A stretch of DNA of 64,000 nucleotides from an uncultured Alphaproteobacteria bacterium (lineage in GTDB: Bacteria > Pseudomonadota > Alphaproteobacteria > RF32 > CAG-239), in contig CAJTMA010000002.1 in NCBI GenBank assembly GCA_910577205.1, positions 123,136-187,135 on the forward strand, read 5' to 3'. Positions 38,333-47,718 of this stretch are shown one piece after another; within the stretch, counting starts at the first letter, position 1, and each line of letters begins with the position of its first letter. The notes under the pieces are model-generated. The model saw only the letters and a list, made by a program, of their open reading frames with translations, was not told where the DNA came from and searched no databases. Position numbers and translations under genes: made by a program.

Positions 38333-39613
38333 CTATTTGATTGTATTTTCCGCCTGCCAGCCTTTGGCAGCGCGGTTAATGCGATCATGGTATTGAGAGG
38401 CTGCACCGGGAATGGCAACCTGCCCGCAAACTAACGTTTTCCCCGATTGTAACAATTCCGGAAGCTCCCAAACTTTATTATCTAATTTATATCTGGCCAA
38501 ATCTGCAAATAATCTGGCTTCCATATAATCGCCAAACCCGGAAACAGTGATTGACGTTTTTCCGCCCAGGCGGCGTACCAAAGCGGCAAATTGCTGCCGG
38601 TGTTCCGGCAAGACTATCCCTTTTCCGGCAAGCAAATCTTCAAAACTTTTTTTAACGACCGGATTTTTCCAACCGCCGCCAAACAATATTATTCTATGGG
38701 GAATGGCAATATTTTCAGGAACTAAAGTCAGCGCCTGAACAGCGATATAAGCCGCAAAATATTCAAAGGTATGAACCGCATCCTCAAAACTAATCCCCAG
38801 CTGCTGAACATAGTTAAAAATTTCATTTTTATGATAATAAGCAGGATCTCCTGATTTAGGCAGAGGCAATTCATAATACCCTCGCCCAAAATTAAATAAC
38901 TCCTGCAATATGGTTTCATTCAGCCTGCCTTTTTTTCCGAACATTGCATCACGGTCAAAAGCTTCGTTGGTATGGCGGCGGATATAAGCATCCGTATATT
39001 CATTGAAAGGTCCGGCATCAGCGCCAATCCGTGCTACGCCATCAGCAACCAAAGCAAAATTGGAGGTATTGCCGCCATTATAATAACAGCCGTCCCCTTC
39101 GCTGGCGGAAATACGGGCATTATGAGGCGGCACTAAGGGCGCACCATCAAACCCGGCCATCAACAGGTCTGAACGGAAATCATAGATAACCGGAATACCG
39201 GTTAAGTCAGCCAGCATTTGCCCCGAGCCTATTTGCAATGTATAGGGCTGCGTCTTTTCTTTACGGGCTTTGGATGGCGGATTATGATCCAGCGTTTTGC
39301 CGTGAAAGCCTATTGCATCAACCGAGGTTTTATCAATTTTATTCAGCGCACACATTTCATTTATGCACTCGGCTATTTGGCTAATATATTCGTCATGAAT
39401 GTTTTGAAACTCCGGCAGAGCTTCAATTTCCGCCTTGGTCTTATTAAAAGCCCTGGCGCGCAGATATTCGATTTTATCTTGCATTTCTTTGGCATAGGGT
39501 TTGGTGTAGGTGCAGATGTCCTGCATAACATTGCCGTCAAACCTTGTCAGGACTAAATCAATGGCATCCATCGAATTGCCTGTCATATTCCCTATTATCG
39601 TATATACCGGCAT
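38333..39613 (-). CDS. Anhydro-N-acetylmuramic acid kinase (AnmK/UPF0075)-like sugar kinase, divergent
   Basis: N-terminal IIGNMTGNSMDAIDLVLTRF resembles the AnmK IGxMSGTSxDGID motif. 426 aa is longer than canonical AnmK. AGGGGAG RBS. Confidence 0.55.
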   Translation of the reverse strand: MPVYTIIGNMTGNSMDAIDLVLTRFDGNVMQDICTYTKPYAKEMQDKIEYLRARAFNKTKAEIEALPEFQNIHDEYISQIAECINEMCALNKIDKTSVDAIGFHGKTLDHNPPSKARKEKTQPYTLQIGSGQMLADLTGIPVIYDFRSDLLMAGFDGAPLVPPHNARISASEGDGCYYNGGNTSNFALVADGVARIGADAGPFNEYTDAYIRRHTNEAFDRDAMFGKKGRLNETILQELFNFGRGYYELPLPKSGDPAYYHKNEIFNYVQQLGISFEDAVHTFEYFAAYIAVQALTLVPENIAIPHRIILFGGGWKNPVVKKSFEDLLAGKGIVLPEHRQQFAALVRRLGGKTSITVSGFGDYMEARLFADLARYKLDNKVWELPELLQSGKTLVCGQVAIPGAASQYHDRINRAAKGWQAENTIK

Positions 39614-39751
39614 CTCCCCTCCTGCTATAAATGCTCTTTAATCAGTAGTACAAAAATAAAATTAAGAATTAATAAAATTTTTATAGCCAAAAAAATATTT
39701 TCCGGCTATAATGATTTTATAATGAACCAAAAATTTCAATGGAGATCAGAA

Positions 39752-41047
39752 ATGTCTGGGGATATTAAAAAAAGCATCAAAGGCCGTATTAACAAAATCA
39801 AAGATACGCTTTCCCGTAAAAAAGAATTAATTGCCGCCGGTTTTATGTTAGCAACAGGATCTACCGGAGTTTCCAGTAACCCCATACCTGAACATTTTAA
39901 TTCCGGCGAAGAAAAAGTTGTTCGTTTGCCTGAAAATCCATCCAGCAAAATTGTTCAGGATGCCGCCAGCGAAATGAAAAGCTTGTCAACAGAAGATGCC
40001 GTTCGTACTTTGGAAGAACATGGCGCGTTTTTTGTGGATTATGAAAACTTTGTTAAAACCGGCGATGTATCCTCCTCTATTGTATATTTTACACAAGAAC
40101 AAATGGCAGAAAAAGGCCTCAAATCCATCGGAACTTCCCCTTATGATGTCAGTTTGGCACGGGAAAACCACGCCGTTTTGACAGGAGATAAAGAAAAAGA
40201 TGCTGAAACTAAAATGAAAGCATTCAGCAATATTAAAGGCACGTTTAACGGTGGTTACCAATTTAATAAAAGCAATATGGAAAATATTGTTCTCTGGGGA
40301 TTGATTCAGGAAGATAACCAAGAAATCAAAGATTTTTGCAAAAAATTTGTCCGTCCGGGCGTGGATATTGAAAAAGACCAGCGATTTGCCAAATACAGCA
40401 ATCAGTGGCAAAAAGAGATGTCTAAAGTTAAGCAAGGTAAATATTCCGAAACGTATGCATTGAACCTTTTATGCCGGACAGATAACAGCAACCGCGCCTC
40501 TGCGCTTAGCTGTCTTGAGGTTAATAAACCTAATTTTAATAAAATATCTAAAGAAAATCCTAAAGCCAGCGAAATTGCCCAGCAGGGATTTTGCGATAAT
40601 GTCTATTTAAGGATGTCGAAGTATTATAAGGATTTCCGTAATGCCAGCTTTACGGCTGCTCCGGCGGCATTCAGCGCATATATTCATATGCCCAATGCCT
40701 CTGCAACGCCGGGAATTTTAAAGAATGCGGCTTTATCCGAACAACAAAAAGCACAGCAAATCATCAACAGGGAAAGCAGCCAAGGCTCTCATGGCAGAAA
40801 GCTTATGGAGCAGGCTCAGGCAAGTATTTATAATAAAGGCTTTCCGGAATTAGAATGCTTTAAGGAATGGGCTGAGATAACAGGACGGGAAGATGTTGTC
40901 AAAGGGATTAATAAAGGCGTAGAACTGCTTGCTTCCAGCCAGATAGAAAAAATCCCTGTCGATAAAAATATGTATGCTTCAATTACCACAAATGCTGAGG
41001 GAACAGCTCAGGCAATTTTCCAAAAGCAAAGCCAGCATACGCTTTAA
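39752..41047 (+). CDS. Hypothetical protein (431 aa), Lys/Glu/Asn-rich
   Basis: GGAGA RBS 6 nt before ATG 39752. No recognisable catalytic motif. Confidence 0.5.
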   Translation: MSGDIKKSIKGRINKIKDTLSRKKELIAAGFMLATGSTGVSSNPIPEHFNSGEEKVVRLPENPSSKIVQDAASEMKSLSTEDAVRTLEEHGAFFVDYENFVKTGDVSSSIVYFTQEQMAEKGLKSIGTSPYDVSLARENHAVLTGDKEKDAETKMKAFSNIKGTFNGGYQFNKSNMENIVLWGLIQEDNQEIKDFCKKFVRPGVDIEKDQRFAKYSNQWQKEMSKVKQGKYSETYALNLLCRTDNSNRASALSCLEVNKPNFNKISKENPKASEIAQQGFCDNVYLRMSKYYKDFRNASFTAAPAAFSAYIHMPNASATPGILKNAALSEQQKAQQIINRESSQGSHGRKLMEQAQASIYNKGFPELECFKEWAEITGREDVVKGINKGVELLASSQIEKIPVDKNMYASITTNAEGTAQAIFQKQSQHTL

Positions 41048-41058
41048 AACGTGATTTA

Positions 41059-41901
41059 TCAAGCTGCCGTCGCCAGATAAAACCATTCGGACTGCACGGC
41101 AGCTTCATGATTCGGGATTAAGATATAGCCGTTGTCAGGCGCGGCAAATTCCTCTCCGTCATCATACCGACCAATGACTTCTCCTGCAGAAATTTCATCC
41201 AAGTGCTTATAGTTTTTCAGAAGTTTTCCGGGTTTTTCCTTAATGACAACTTTTTCCAGTTTTAAGTAGGTTTTAGGCTGTTCGGTAAATTCTCCGGCTG
41301 TCATTCCCAGTTTTATTAATAAATTAACAATGCTTGCAAAAGCAACCTCTTCCGCCGCGTGATCATAGTGATAGCCGCATTCCAGCGTGATGCAGGATTT
41401 TCCCGATTTATGCGCAAAATATTCGGTACAGTAATCGGCTATCGGTGCATCCTTGTAAATGCCCGGCCAATTACAAATAACATAAGAGGCTGCTGCCGCA
41501 GAAACAAGTTTCCGATTCTCATCTGAGGGATAATCTAAAAAAACAAACGGAGGCTCTCCGGCATTATGGGTAGAATGCATATCCAGCACATAGTCATTAT
41601 TCAATATTTCAGTTGCGACTTCATGGGCAAATTCTTCTTCCGGGCAAGACGGGGCAACATAGAGGTTGATGAGGCGGTTCAAGTTTTTTTCCATGAAACG
41701 CACGCCGTGCTCATAAGCCAGCGGATTGCAGACAGGCAACAAAACCAAACTTCCGGATTTCAGGTTGATTTCATTGTTGTCCAGCGCAGACATCAATTTC
41801 CGGATGGCTTTGGTTCCGGCTGTTTCATTGCCATGAATTGCCCCCAGCAAAAGCAGTTTCGGACCGGGGATGCGGCTGTCGTAAATATATTTATCTAGCA
41901 T
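41059..41901 (-). CDS. Succinylglutamate desuccinylase / aspartoacylase (AstE/AspA) family zinc hydrolase
   Basis: LLLGAIHGNETAG zinc-binding motif. About 280 aa. Confidence 0.7.
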   Translation of the reverse strand: MLDKYIYDSRIPGPKLLLLGAIHGNETAGTKAIRKLMSALDNNEINLKSGSLVLLPVCNPLAYEHGVRFMEKNLNRLINLYVAPSCPEEEFAHEVATEILNNDYVLDMHSTHNAGEPPFVFLDYPSDENRKLVSAAAASYVICNWPGIYKDAPIADYCTEYFAHKSGKSCITLECGYHYDHAAEEVAFASIVNLLIKLGMTAGEFTEQPKTYLKLEKVVIKEKPGKLLKNYKHLDEISAGEVIGRYDDGEEFAAPDNGYILIPNHEAAVQSEWFYLATAA

Positions 41902-42694
41902 AGTTTCTCCTTGTTAAAAGCATCAGATTAGCAGGCTGATAATAGTCGCTGTTAACCAGCCGCAGGGCTTCTGTTTCCGAATTGTAACCAGTTGCAATAT
42001 GGCGGGCCGCAAATAATTTATTGAGGCTTTTATAATCATTCACCGGAATTTCGAAATGTTCATTTGACTGATATAAAGGCGTTTTATCCAATCGGCGATG
42101 CATTAAGGCGATATCTCCGCCATCAGAAGGATCAACATCTGCCCCCATCATAACAAACTCATTGGCAAAATACGGACGCATATTCCAAATATTTTTACGG
42201 TCAATAATCGAAACACAATCTGTCGCTCCAAGCAATTCCGCCTGTTTCATCCGGTATCTAATCATGTTTTCATTAATCCTGTTGCCGCGATAAGACGGGT
42301 GGACGCTGTCTGCCCCAAAACAGGCAACCTGAAATTCTTTCCCTAAAAAGGCATTGTTTCTGCTTGGAAACTCTTCAAATAATTCTTTCCGGCTACGGAC
42401 GATACGCACATAAGACATCGCAATAAGCTGGCCGCCATCAAAAGCTCCGACAAAATGCATTTTGGGGTTATCCATCATCTGTTCATAATATGTGCGGTCA
42501 TGCTGGTGAATAAAGCACTCCTGTCCTTTTTCCAGAGAATGATAAATGCAGGATGACAATTCGACCATCGCAGGAATATCCCGTACGCTGAGTTTGCGCA
42601 GGTGATAGAACTTTTCTGTTTCAACCGGCCGATGATTAATTTTATTCATGGAGGCATAAGCCAAAACTCTGTTTCCTCGGTTATAAATCTGCAT
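41891..42694 (-). CDS. Hypothetical protein, possibly GNAT-like acyltransferase; overlaps the AstE/AspA-family gene by 11 nt
   Basis: 267-aa ORF with a VHPSYRGNRINENMIRYRMKQAELLGA segment. Translationally coupled to the downstream hydrolase. Start uncertain: GTG at 42706 or ATG at 42694. Confidence 0.45.
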   Translation of the reverse strand: MQIYNRGNRVLAYASMNKINHRPVETEKFYHLRKLSVRDIPAMVELSSCIYHSLEKGQECFIHQHDRTYYEQMMDNPKMHFVGAFDGGQLIAMSYVRIVRSRKELFEEFPSRNNAFLGKEFQVACFGADSVHPSYRGNRINENMIRYRMKQAELLGATDCVSIIDRKNIWNMRPYFANEFVMMGADVDPSDGGDIALMHRRLDKTPLYQSNEHFEIPVNDYKSLNKLFAARHIATGYNSETEALRLVNSDYYQPANLMLLTRRNYAR

Positions 42695-42920
42695 TTTCTT
42701 TTCCACACAAAAAAAGCCGAAACTTTAAAGTTTCGACCCGTCTAAATTTTCATACTTTCAGTAACTACATGACATATACAAAAACAGGTCGAAAACTGCG
42801 TTTCGACTTCTGCTTGTTTTCAATTACAGTAAAATGGTTATTCATTCATACCTCTTGTTACTTACTTTGGCTAAGATAACCTCTGTTATTTATATTGTCA
42901 AGCAATAAGACAAAATTTGC

Positions 42921-42954
42921 AAAAAAACACCCTTTACCTAAAAGGCAAAGGGTG
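42921..42954 (-). terminator. Rho-independent terminator of the flotillin gene
   Basis: caccctttacc-taaaa-ggcaaagggtg hairpin followed by T7 on the minus strand. Confidence 0.6.
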
Positions 42955-42973
42955 TTCGTTGTAAGTGACGGGA

Positions 42974-44395
42974 TTATTTAGCGGCTGAGGATGTTAATCC
43001 TAATTTGCCGAGGAGCTTTTTACCTTCTTCCGTTGAGGCAAAGGTTTCAAGCATACCGGCAAGATTAAATCCACCTTTGGGAGAAAGCGCACCGGCAGCA
43101 CTGCTGATACCTCCGGCAACATCTCCTGCACCGGCAATAATCTTAATCTCTGCTCCCCTGATGTTTTCAGCTTGAGCCAGACCTACTTTTTCGTTGGCTT
43201 CCACCTGACGGATTTGGATCAGGTAACTCTGATAGCCGTCGTTAGAACCGATTTCGCTGGCCAGTTTCAACTGGGCTTCAACAGAAGCAAGCTGCATTTG
43301 CTTTTCGGCGGCAGCTTTAGCATCACCTTCAAGGCGGATACCTTCGGCTGATTTGGTTGAGGTAATCAACTGGCCGTCAGCCTGTTTGCTTACCCTAATC
43401 AGTTCAGCTTCGGCATCACGTTCGGCTTTTGCCTTGGCGGCATCAGCGTTGATTTCCGTTTCCCGTTTTTTGGCTTCGGCATTGATAACTGTTTGTTCGC
43501 GGTCGATTTCAGCCTGTTTGATGATTTCCACCTTTCTGACTTCCATCTCGCGTTCTTTCGTCATCTTAGCTTGCTCTTTGACGGCTTGCTCAGACTTTTC
43601 TTGAGCAATGCCGACTTCTTTTTCCACCTCAGCTTTTCTCAAGCCGACTTTCTGGGCTGCGTCCTGTTCTTTCAAATCAATCTGCCGCTTAGCTTCAATT
43701 TCAGCTTCACGGGCTTCCTGATCGTTTTTAGCAACGGCAACACGGGACTCCTTGGCGATTTCAGATTTCTTCTTTTTCATAATGTTCGAAATCACTTCTT
43801 CGCCTTTGGCATCCCTGACGTCCATCAGCTCAATATTCTTGACGGTTTCAACACCCCAAGATTTGAGTTCCTCTTTCACCTCATCAGTAAACTGCTGGCC
43901 GTATTTGGATCGTTCTCCCATGATTTCATTGAGGAAGTCCTTGGCCAAGATGGAGCGAACAGCACCTTGAACGATGCTGAGAAGCTGTCTTTTCAGTTCG
44001 TCTATCCGGCTGATGCGGGATGCCGCTATCTCATAATCAGAGATACGGAAGAAAGACTGAATGTCAACAACAAACGGCACGCGCTCTTTGTCAAAAGCCT
44101 CATAATCGTTGATGTCGATACCAAAGATTGACAACGGCATTTTCGTCACGGTTACACCGATAATCGGAAAAGACGCAGGAAACTCATAGTAGCAGTTGCC
44201 ACAAAATTGTTTTTCCTGCTCAACATTGCCTCGTTCGGGCGTTCCGTAAACCATGGTGTTTTTTCCACGGCGGACGATGTGAACTTCATTGGTTGGCACC
44301 ACACGGCGGAGAGAGAAAATGTACTTGATCACGAAGATCAGAACCAGAACTGCTACAAGGCAGATTCCCATCACAACATAAGTCATTGTGTTCAT
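42974..44395 (-). CDS. Flotillin-like SPFH/band-7 protein
   Basis: N-terminal TM, SPFH domain, then a long coiled-coil with EA/KA repeats (KAEREAEIEAKRQ...) typical of FloT/YuaG-like flotillins. Confidence 0.8.
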   Translation of the reverse strand: MNTMTYVVMGICLVAVLVLIFVIKYIFSLRRVVPTNEVHIVRRGKNTMVYGTPERGNVEQEKQFCGNCYYEFPASFPIIGVTVTKMPLSIFGIDINDYEAFDKERVPFVVDIQSFFRISDYEIAASRISRIDELKRQLLSIVQGAVRSILAKDFLNEIMGERSKYGQQFTDEVKEELKSWGVETVKNIELMDVRDAKGEEVISNIMKKKKSEIAKESRVAVAKNDQEAREAEIEAKRQIDLKEQDAAQKVGLRKAEVEKEVGIAQEKSEQAVKEQAKMTKEREMEVRKVEIIKQAEIDREQTVINAEAKKRETEINADAAKAKAERDAEAELIRVSKQADGQLITSTKSAEGIRLEGDAKAAAEKQMQLASVEAQLKLASEIGSNDGYQSYLIQIRQVEANEKVGLAQAENIRGAEIKIIAGAGDVAGGISSAAGALSPKGGFNLAGMLETFASTEEGKKLLGKLGLTSSAAK

Positions 44396-44642
44396 GATTG
44401 AAATAATTTTAAAAATTAATAAATATAGTTAATAAAAAAAGTTCATGATAAATGACCTGCTCATTGATAATGCATAGTCATAATAATTAGTTTATTGCCG
44501 CAACATAACATACATCGCACAGCTGCGCAAGTATTTTTTGTCTATTCTTTTGCAATGCTATTTATGGGATAAACAATGCAAGAAAATTTTAACTTACGGC
44601 TGATACTCTTTGAGCTGGTTAATTTTGTAAATGAGGCTGAAA

Positions 44643-45854
44643 ATGGAAAAGCTTACTGAAGTTCTTAAACACTATGGCGTCAATGGAAAAATCGCGGATA
44701 TTTCCGAAGGGCCGCTCGTTACATTAATCGAATTTAAGCCAGAACCGGGAACTAAGTTAAAAACTGTTACAGCCTCGCTTGACGATATTGCCCGCGAACT
44801 TGGCATTCCTTCACTGCGAGTAGAAGCCATTGAGAAAAACGGAACTATTGGTTTTGAAGTCCCTGCCGCTCAAAGGAAAAATATTGACTTCAAGCCCCTG
44901 CTCTCTTCTTCGGAGTTTCTGACTTTTCAAGGCGATTTGCCAATCATATTAGGAACGGATATCGCCGGACATCCGGTTATTGCCGATTTGGCAAAAATGC
45001 CGCATTTGCTGGTAGCCGGCACAACAGGTTCGGGGAAATCAGTGGGGCTGAATACATTTATTTTATCCCTCATTGCAAAAAAGAAACCAGCTGATTTGAA
45101 ACTCATTCTGATTGATCCGAAACGTATTGAATTCAGTATCTATAACCGTCAAAAATATATGCTCGCGCCGGTCGTTACAGAAATGAGCGATGCTGACAAT
45201 TGTTTGACTTATTTGGTTAATGAAATGGAGTCCCGGTACAGCTTATTTGAAAAAGCAATGGTTCGAAATATCAATGAATATAATTCAGATGCCGGACATT
45301 TGCCTTATATCGTTTGTGTCATAGATGAGTTTGCAGATCTTATGGCTGCCAACAAAAAAACGGAAGCGGCGGTTCAACGGCTGGCACAAAAATCCAGAGC
45401 AGCCGGCATACATATTATTTTAGCGACTCAGCGTCCTTCTGTGGATGTGGTAACAGGTGTTCTCAAGGCCAATTTTCCCTGCCGTCTGGCTTATAAAACC
45501 GCAAGCGCTGCAGATTCCCGTACGATTATCGACGGTTCAGGCGCAGAAAAACTTTTGGGACGCGGCGACGCCTTATATCTTGCCGCGGACGGACGGCAGC
45601 AAAGAGTGCATGGCGCTTATTTGCCCGGCTCGGAAATTGCCGCCATGCTTGAGCCTTATCGCGGTGAAGTGCAGCCCCTGCCGCAGATTTCTGCGCAATC
45701 TTCAAAAACAGAAACAGCGCCCCGCAAGTCTTTGGGCTTTTTCAAAAGTATGTGGAATTTTTGGGCTTCCCTGCGGCAAAAAGATAAAAAACTTATCATG
45801 AACGGGCTAAGCTTTTTATTCGGCCTGGTGACCGGAAATAAACGGAAGAAATGA
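44643..45854 (+). CDS. FtsK/SpoIIIE-family DNA translocase motor lacking the N-terminal membrane domain and the C-terminal gamma domain
   Basis: Walker A AGTTGSGKS and Walker B CVIDEFADL. FtsK alpha/beta domains only. C-terminal hydrophobic tail LIMNGLSFLFGLVTG. GAGG RBS before ATG 44643. Confidence 0.8.
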   Translation: MEKLTEVLKHYGVNGKIADISEGPLVTLIEFKPEPGTKLKTVTASLDDIARELGIPSLRVEAIEKNGTIGFEVPAAQRKNIDFKPLLSSSEFLTFQGDLPIILGTDIAGHPVIADLAKMPHLLVAGTTGSGKSVGLNTFILSLIAKKKPADLKLILIDPKRIEFSIYNRQKYMLAPVVTEMSDADNCLTYLVNEMESRYSLFEKAMVRNINEYNSDAGHLPYIVCVIDEFADLMAANKKTEAAVQRLAQKSRAAGIHIILATQRPSVDVVTGVLKANFPCRLAYKTASAADSRTIIDGSGAEKLLGRGDALYLAADGRQQRVHGAYLPGSEIAAMLEPYRGEVQPLPQISAQSSKTETAPRKSLGFFKSMWNFWASLRQKDKKLIMNGLSFLFGLVTGNKRKK

Positions 45855-45883
45855 CAAATTATTTATAATAAAAGCCTCTAAAA

Positions 45884-45907
45884 TCAGAGGCTTTTTTATT
45901 ATTTGTC
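45884..45907. terminator. Bidirectional rho-independent terminator between the ftsK-like gene (+) and the MerR-family regulator gene (-)
   Basis: gcctct-aaaatc-agaggc hairpin flanked by A-run and T-run, embedded in a larger palindrome tgacaaataat...attatttgtca. Confidence 0.7.
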
Positions 45908-45911
45908 ATTT

Positions 45912-46322
45912 TTAACCATTTACTTTGGCCAATGCCGCACCTAACTCGTCAGCCATGGATTTTAACTCATTACGCAGGTTAAGGATTAATTCCCGTCCCT
46001 GCTCATTCAATTCGACAGACTCGGCAGCTTCGTCAAAAAAATCTTTTTGAATTTCTTCGCCAAGGATAGCTTTAATGCCCTTTTCCTTGAACAGCTTTTG
46101 CACACCTTCAATGGTATAACGTTTTTCGTAGAGAAAATCACGAATCCGCTTAACCAGCTCCACATCATCCGGGCGGTAATAACGGCGGCCGCCGCTACGC
46201 TTCATCGGCTTAATTTGAGGAAATTTGGTTTCCCAGAAACGCAGAACATGGGTTGCCACCCCCAGTTCCTCGGCAACTTCGGCAATGGTGCGAAACGCAG
46301 CTTTTGATTTATTGACGACCAT
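45912..46322 (-). CDS. MerR-family transcriptional regulator, conserved downstream of ihfA in alphaproteobacteria
   Basis: [37 protein letters not shown]. Synteny with ihfA. Confidence 0.8.
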   Translation of the reverse strand: MVVNKSKAAFRTIAEVAEELGVATHVLRFWETKFPQIKPMKRSGGRRYYRPDDVELVKRIRDFLYEKRYTIEGVQKLFKEKGIKAILGEEIQKDFFDEAAESVELNEQGRELILNLRNELKSMADELGAALAKVNG

Positions 46323-46338
46323 GCCTGCCTCTCAATGC

Positions 46339-46623
46339 TTATGCGTTAATGATTTTTCTCATGGTTTGAGAAGGTTTGAAAGAAATGACGCGGCGCGGTG
46401 AAATAACAGCATCAACACCGGTCTTGGGATTACGGCCGGCACGGGCTTTTTTGTTGCGCAAAGCAAAAGTGCCAAAAGAAGACAATTTTACATCGTTGCC
46501 CTTAACCAGTTCCTGAGTCATTTCATCAAGAATCATATCCAGAATATCCCCGGAATCTTTGCGGGACAAACCGATTTCTTCATAAATAGTCTCAGCAACA
46601 TCTGCACGAGTAATTGTTTTCAT
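46339..46623 (-). CDS. ihfA: Integration host factor alpha subunit
   Basis: RAGRNPKTGVDAVISPRRVISFKPS DNA-binding arm. 94 aa. Confidence 0.8.
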   Translation of the reverse strand: MKTITRADVAETIYEEIGLSRKDSGDILDMILDEMTQELVKGNDVKLSSFGTFALRNKKARAGRNPKTGVDAVISPRRVISFKPSQTMRKIINA

Positions 46624-46737
46624 TTCTTCCTATCCTTAGTTTTTGTTGGTTATCACACAATATAATTTGAAAATGGATTATATCATAATCCCAAGAAAGA
46701 CAAGCCTCTCTGTTGAGTATTAAACAGATAATTTCAA

Positions 46738-47718
46738 TTAGAGGCGAACCAGAGCCCCACCCCAGGTAAATCCGGCACCCATAGCAGTCAGAACAACCAA
46801 ATCGCCTTTCTTCAGGCGGCCATTGGCAACTTCTTCTGACAAGGCAACAGGAATAGTTGCAGCCGAAGTATTGGCAGTGTGGTCAATCGTTACAATCACT
46901 TTTTCGTCAGGCAAATTCAGTTTTTTGCCAACGTTTTCAATAATGCGCGCATTAGCCTGATGCGGCAGAAGCCAATCAATTTCCTCAGAAGACACACCAG
47001 CCATTTCCATCACAGTTTCAGCAGCTTGCGTCAGCGAGTTAACAGCATACTTGAAGACTTCTTTACCATCCATTGAAATAAAACCGGCTTTCTGGGTGGT
47101 GCTGACACCGCCGGTGGTTTTCAAATGTTCATAGTGAGAACCGTCAGCATAAAGCTTTGTTGCCAAAACACCGCGGTCAGCGGCTGTACCCTCGCCTTCG
47201 CCAGCGCGCAGGATAACTGCGCCTGCACCATCGCCAAACAAGACACAGGTATTTCTATCTGTCCAGTCAGTGATTTTAGACAAGGTTTCTGCACCGATAA
47301 CCATCGCGGTTTTAATCTGCCCCAAACGAATCATATTATCAGCCATTGTCATCGCATAGACGAATCCGGAGCAAGCCGCAGAAATATCTGTAGCAATCGT
47401 TCCGGGTTTTGTTCCGAGTTTGCCGGAAATCTTGGCTGCAGTTGACGGCGTGGTTTCGTCCGTGGTAACGGTTGCGACAATAATCATATCCAAATCTTCA
47501 GCTTGAATTCCAGCTAATTTCAAAGCGTTACGCGCCGCAACTAAAGAAATATCTGAAGTAAATTCATTCTCTGCAGCCACATGACGGGATTTAATACCGG
47601 TACGCGTACTAATCCATTCGTCATTGGTATCAACCATTTGGGCCATATCATCGTTTGTCAGGACTTTGGCCGGAAGATAGTGGCCAAATCCGATAAGTTC
47701 AGATCTAATAAGAGTCAT
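46738..47718 (-). CDS. fabH: 3-oxoacyl-ACP synthase III
   Basis: Active-site region AACSGFVYAM. C-terminal GAGFTWGGALVR. 326 aa. Confidence 0.9.
   Translation of the reverse strand: MTLIRSELIGFGHYLPAKVLTNDDMAQMVDTNDEWISTRTGIKSRHVAAENEFTSDISLVAARNALKLAGIQAEDLDMIIVATVTTDETTPSTAAKISGKLGTKPGTIATDISAACSGFVYAMTMADNMIRLGQIKTAMVIGAETLSKITDWTDRNTCVLFGDGAGAVILRAGEGEGTAADRGVLATKLYADGSHYEHLKTTGGVSTTQKAGFISMDGKEVFKYAVNSLTQAAETVMEMAGVSSEEIDWLLPHQANARIIENVGKKLNLPDEKVIVTIDHTANTSAATIPVALSEEVANGRLKKGDLVVLTAMGAGFTWGGALVRL

Noticed and set aside
35109-45900. Integrase, excisionase, transposase or conjugation genes defining the island downstream of tRNA-Pro
   Set aside because: None of the ORFs shows tyrosine or serine recombinase or DDE transposase motifs. 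Only the truncated FtsK-like ATPase hints at mobility, so the island call rests on the att-like repeats and gene content alone.
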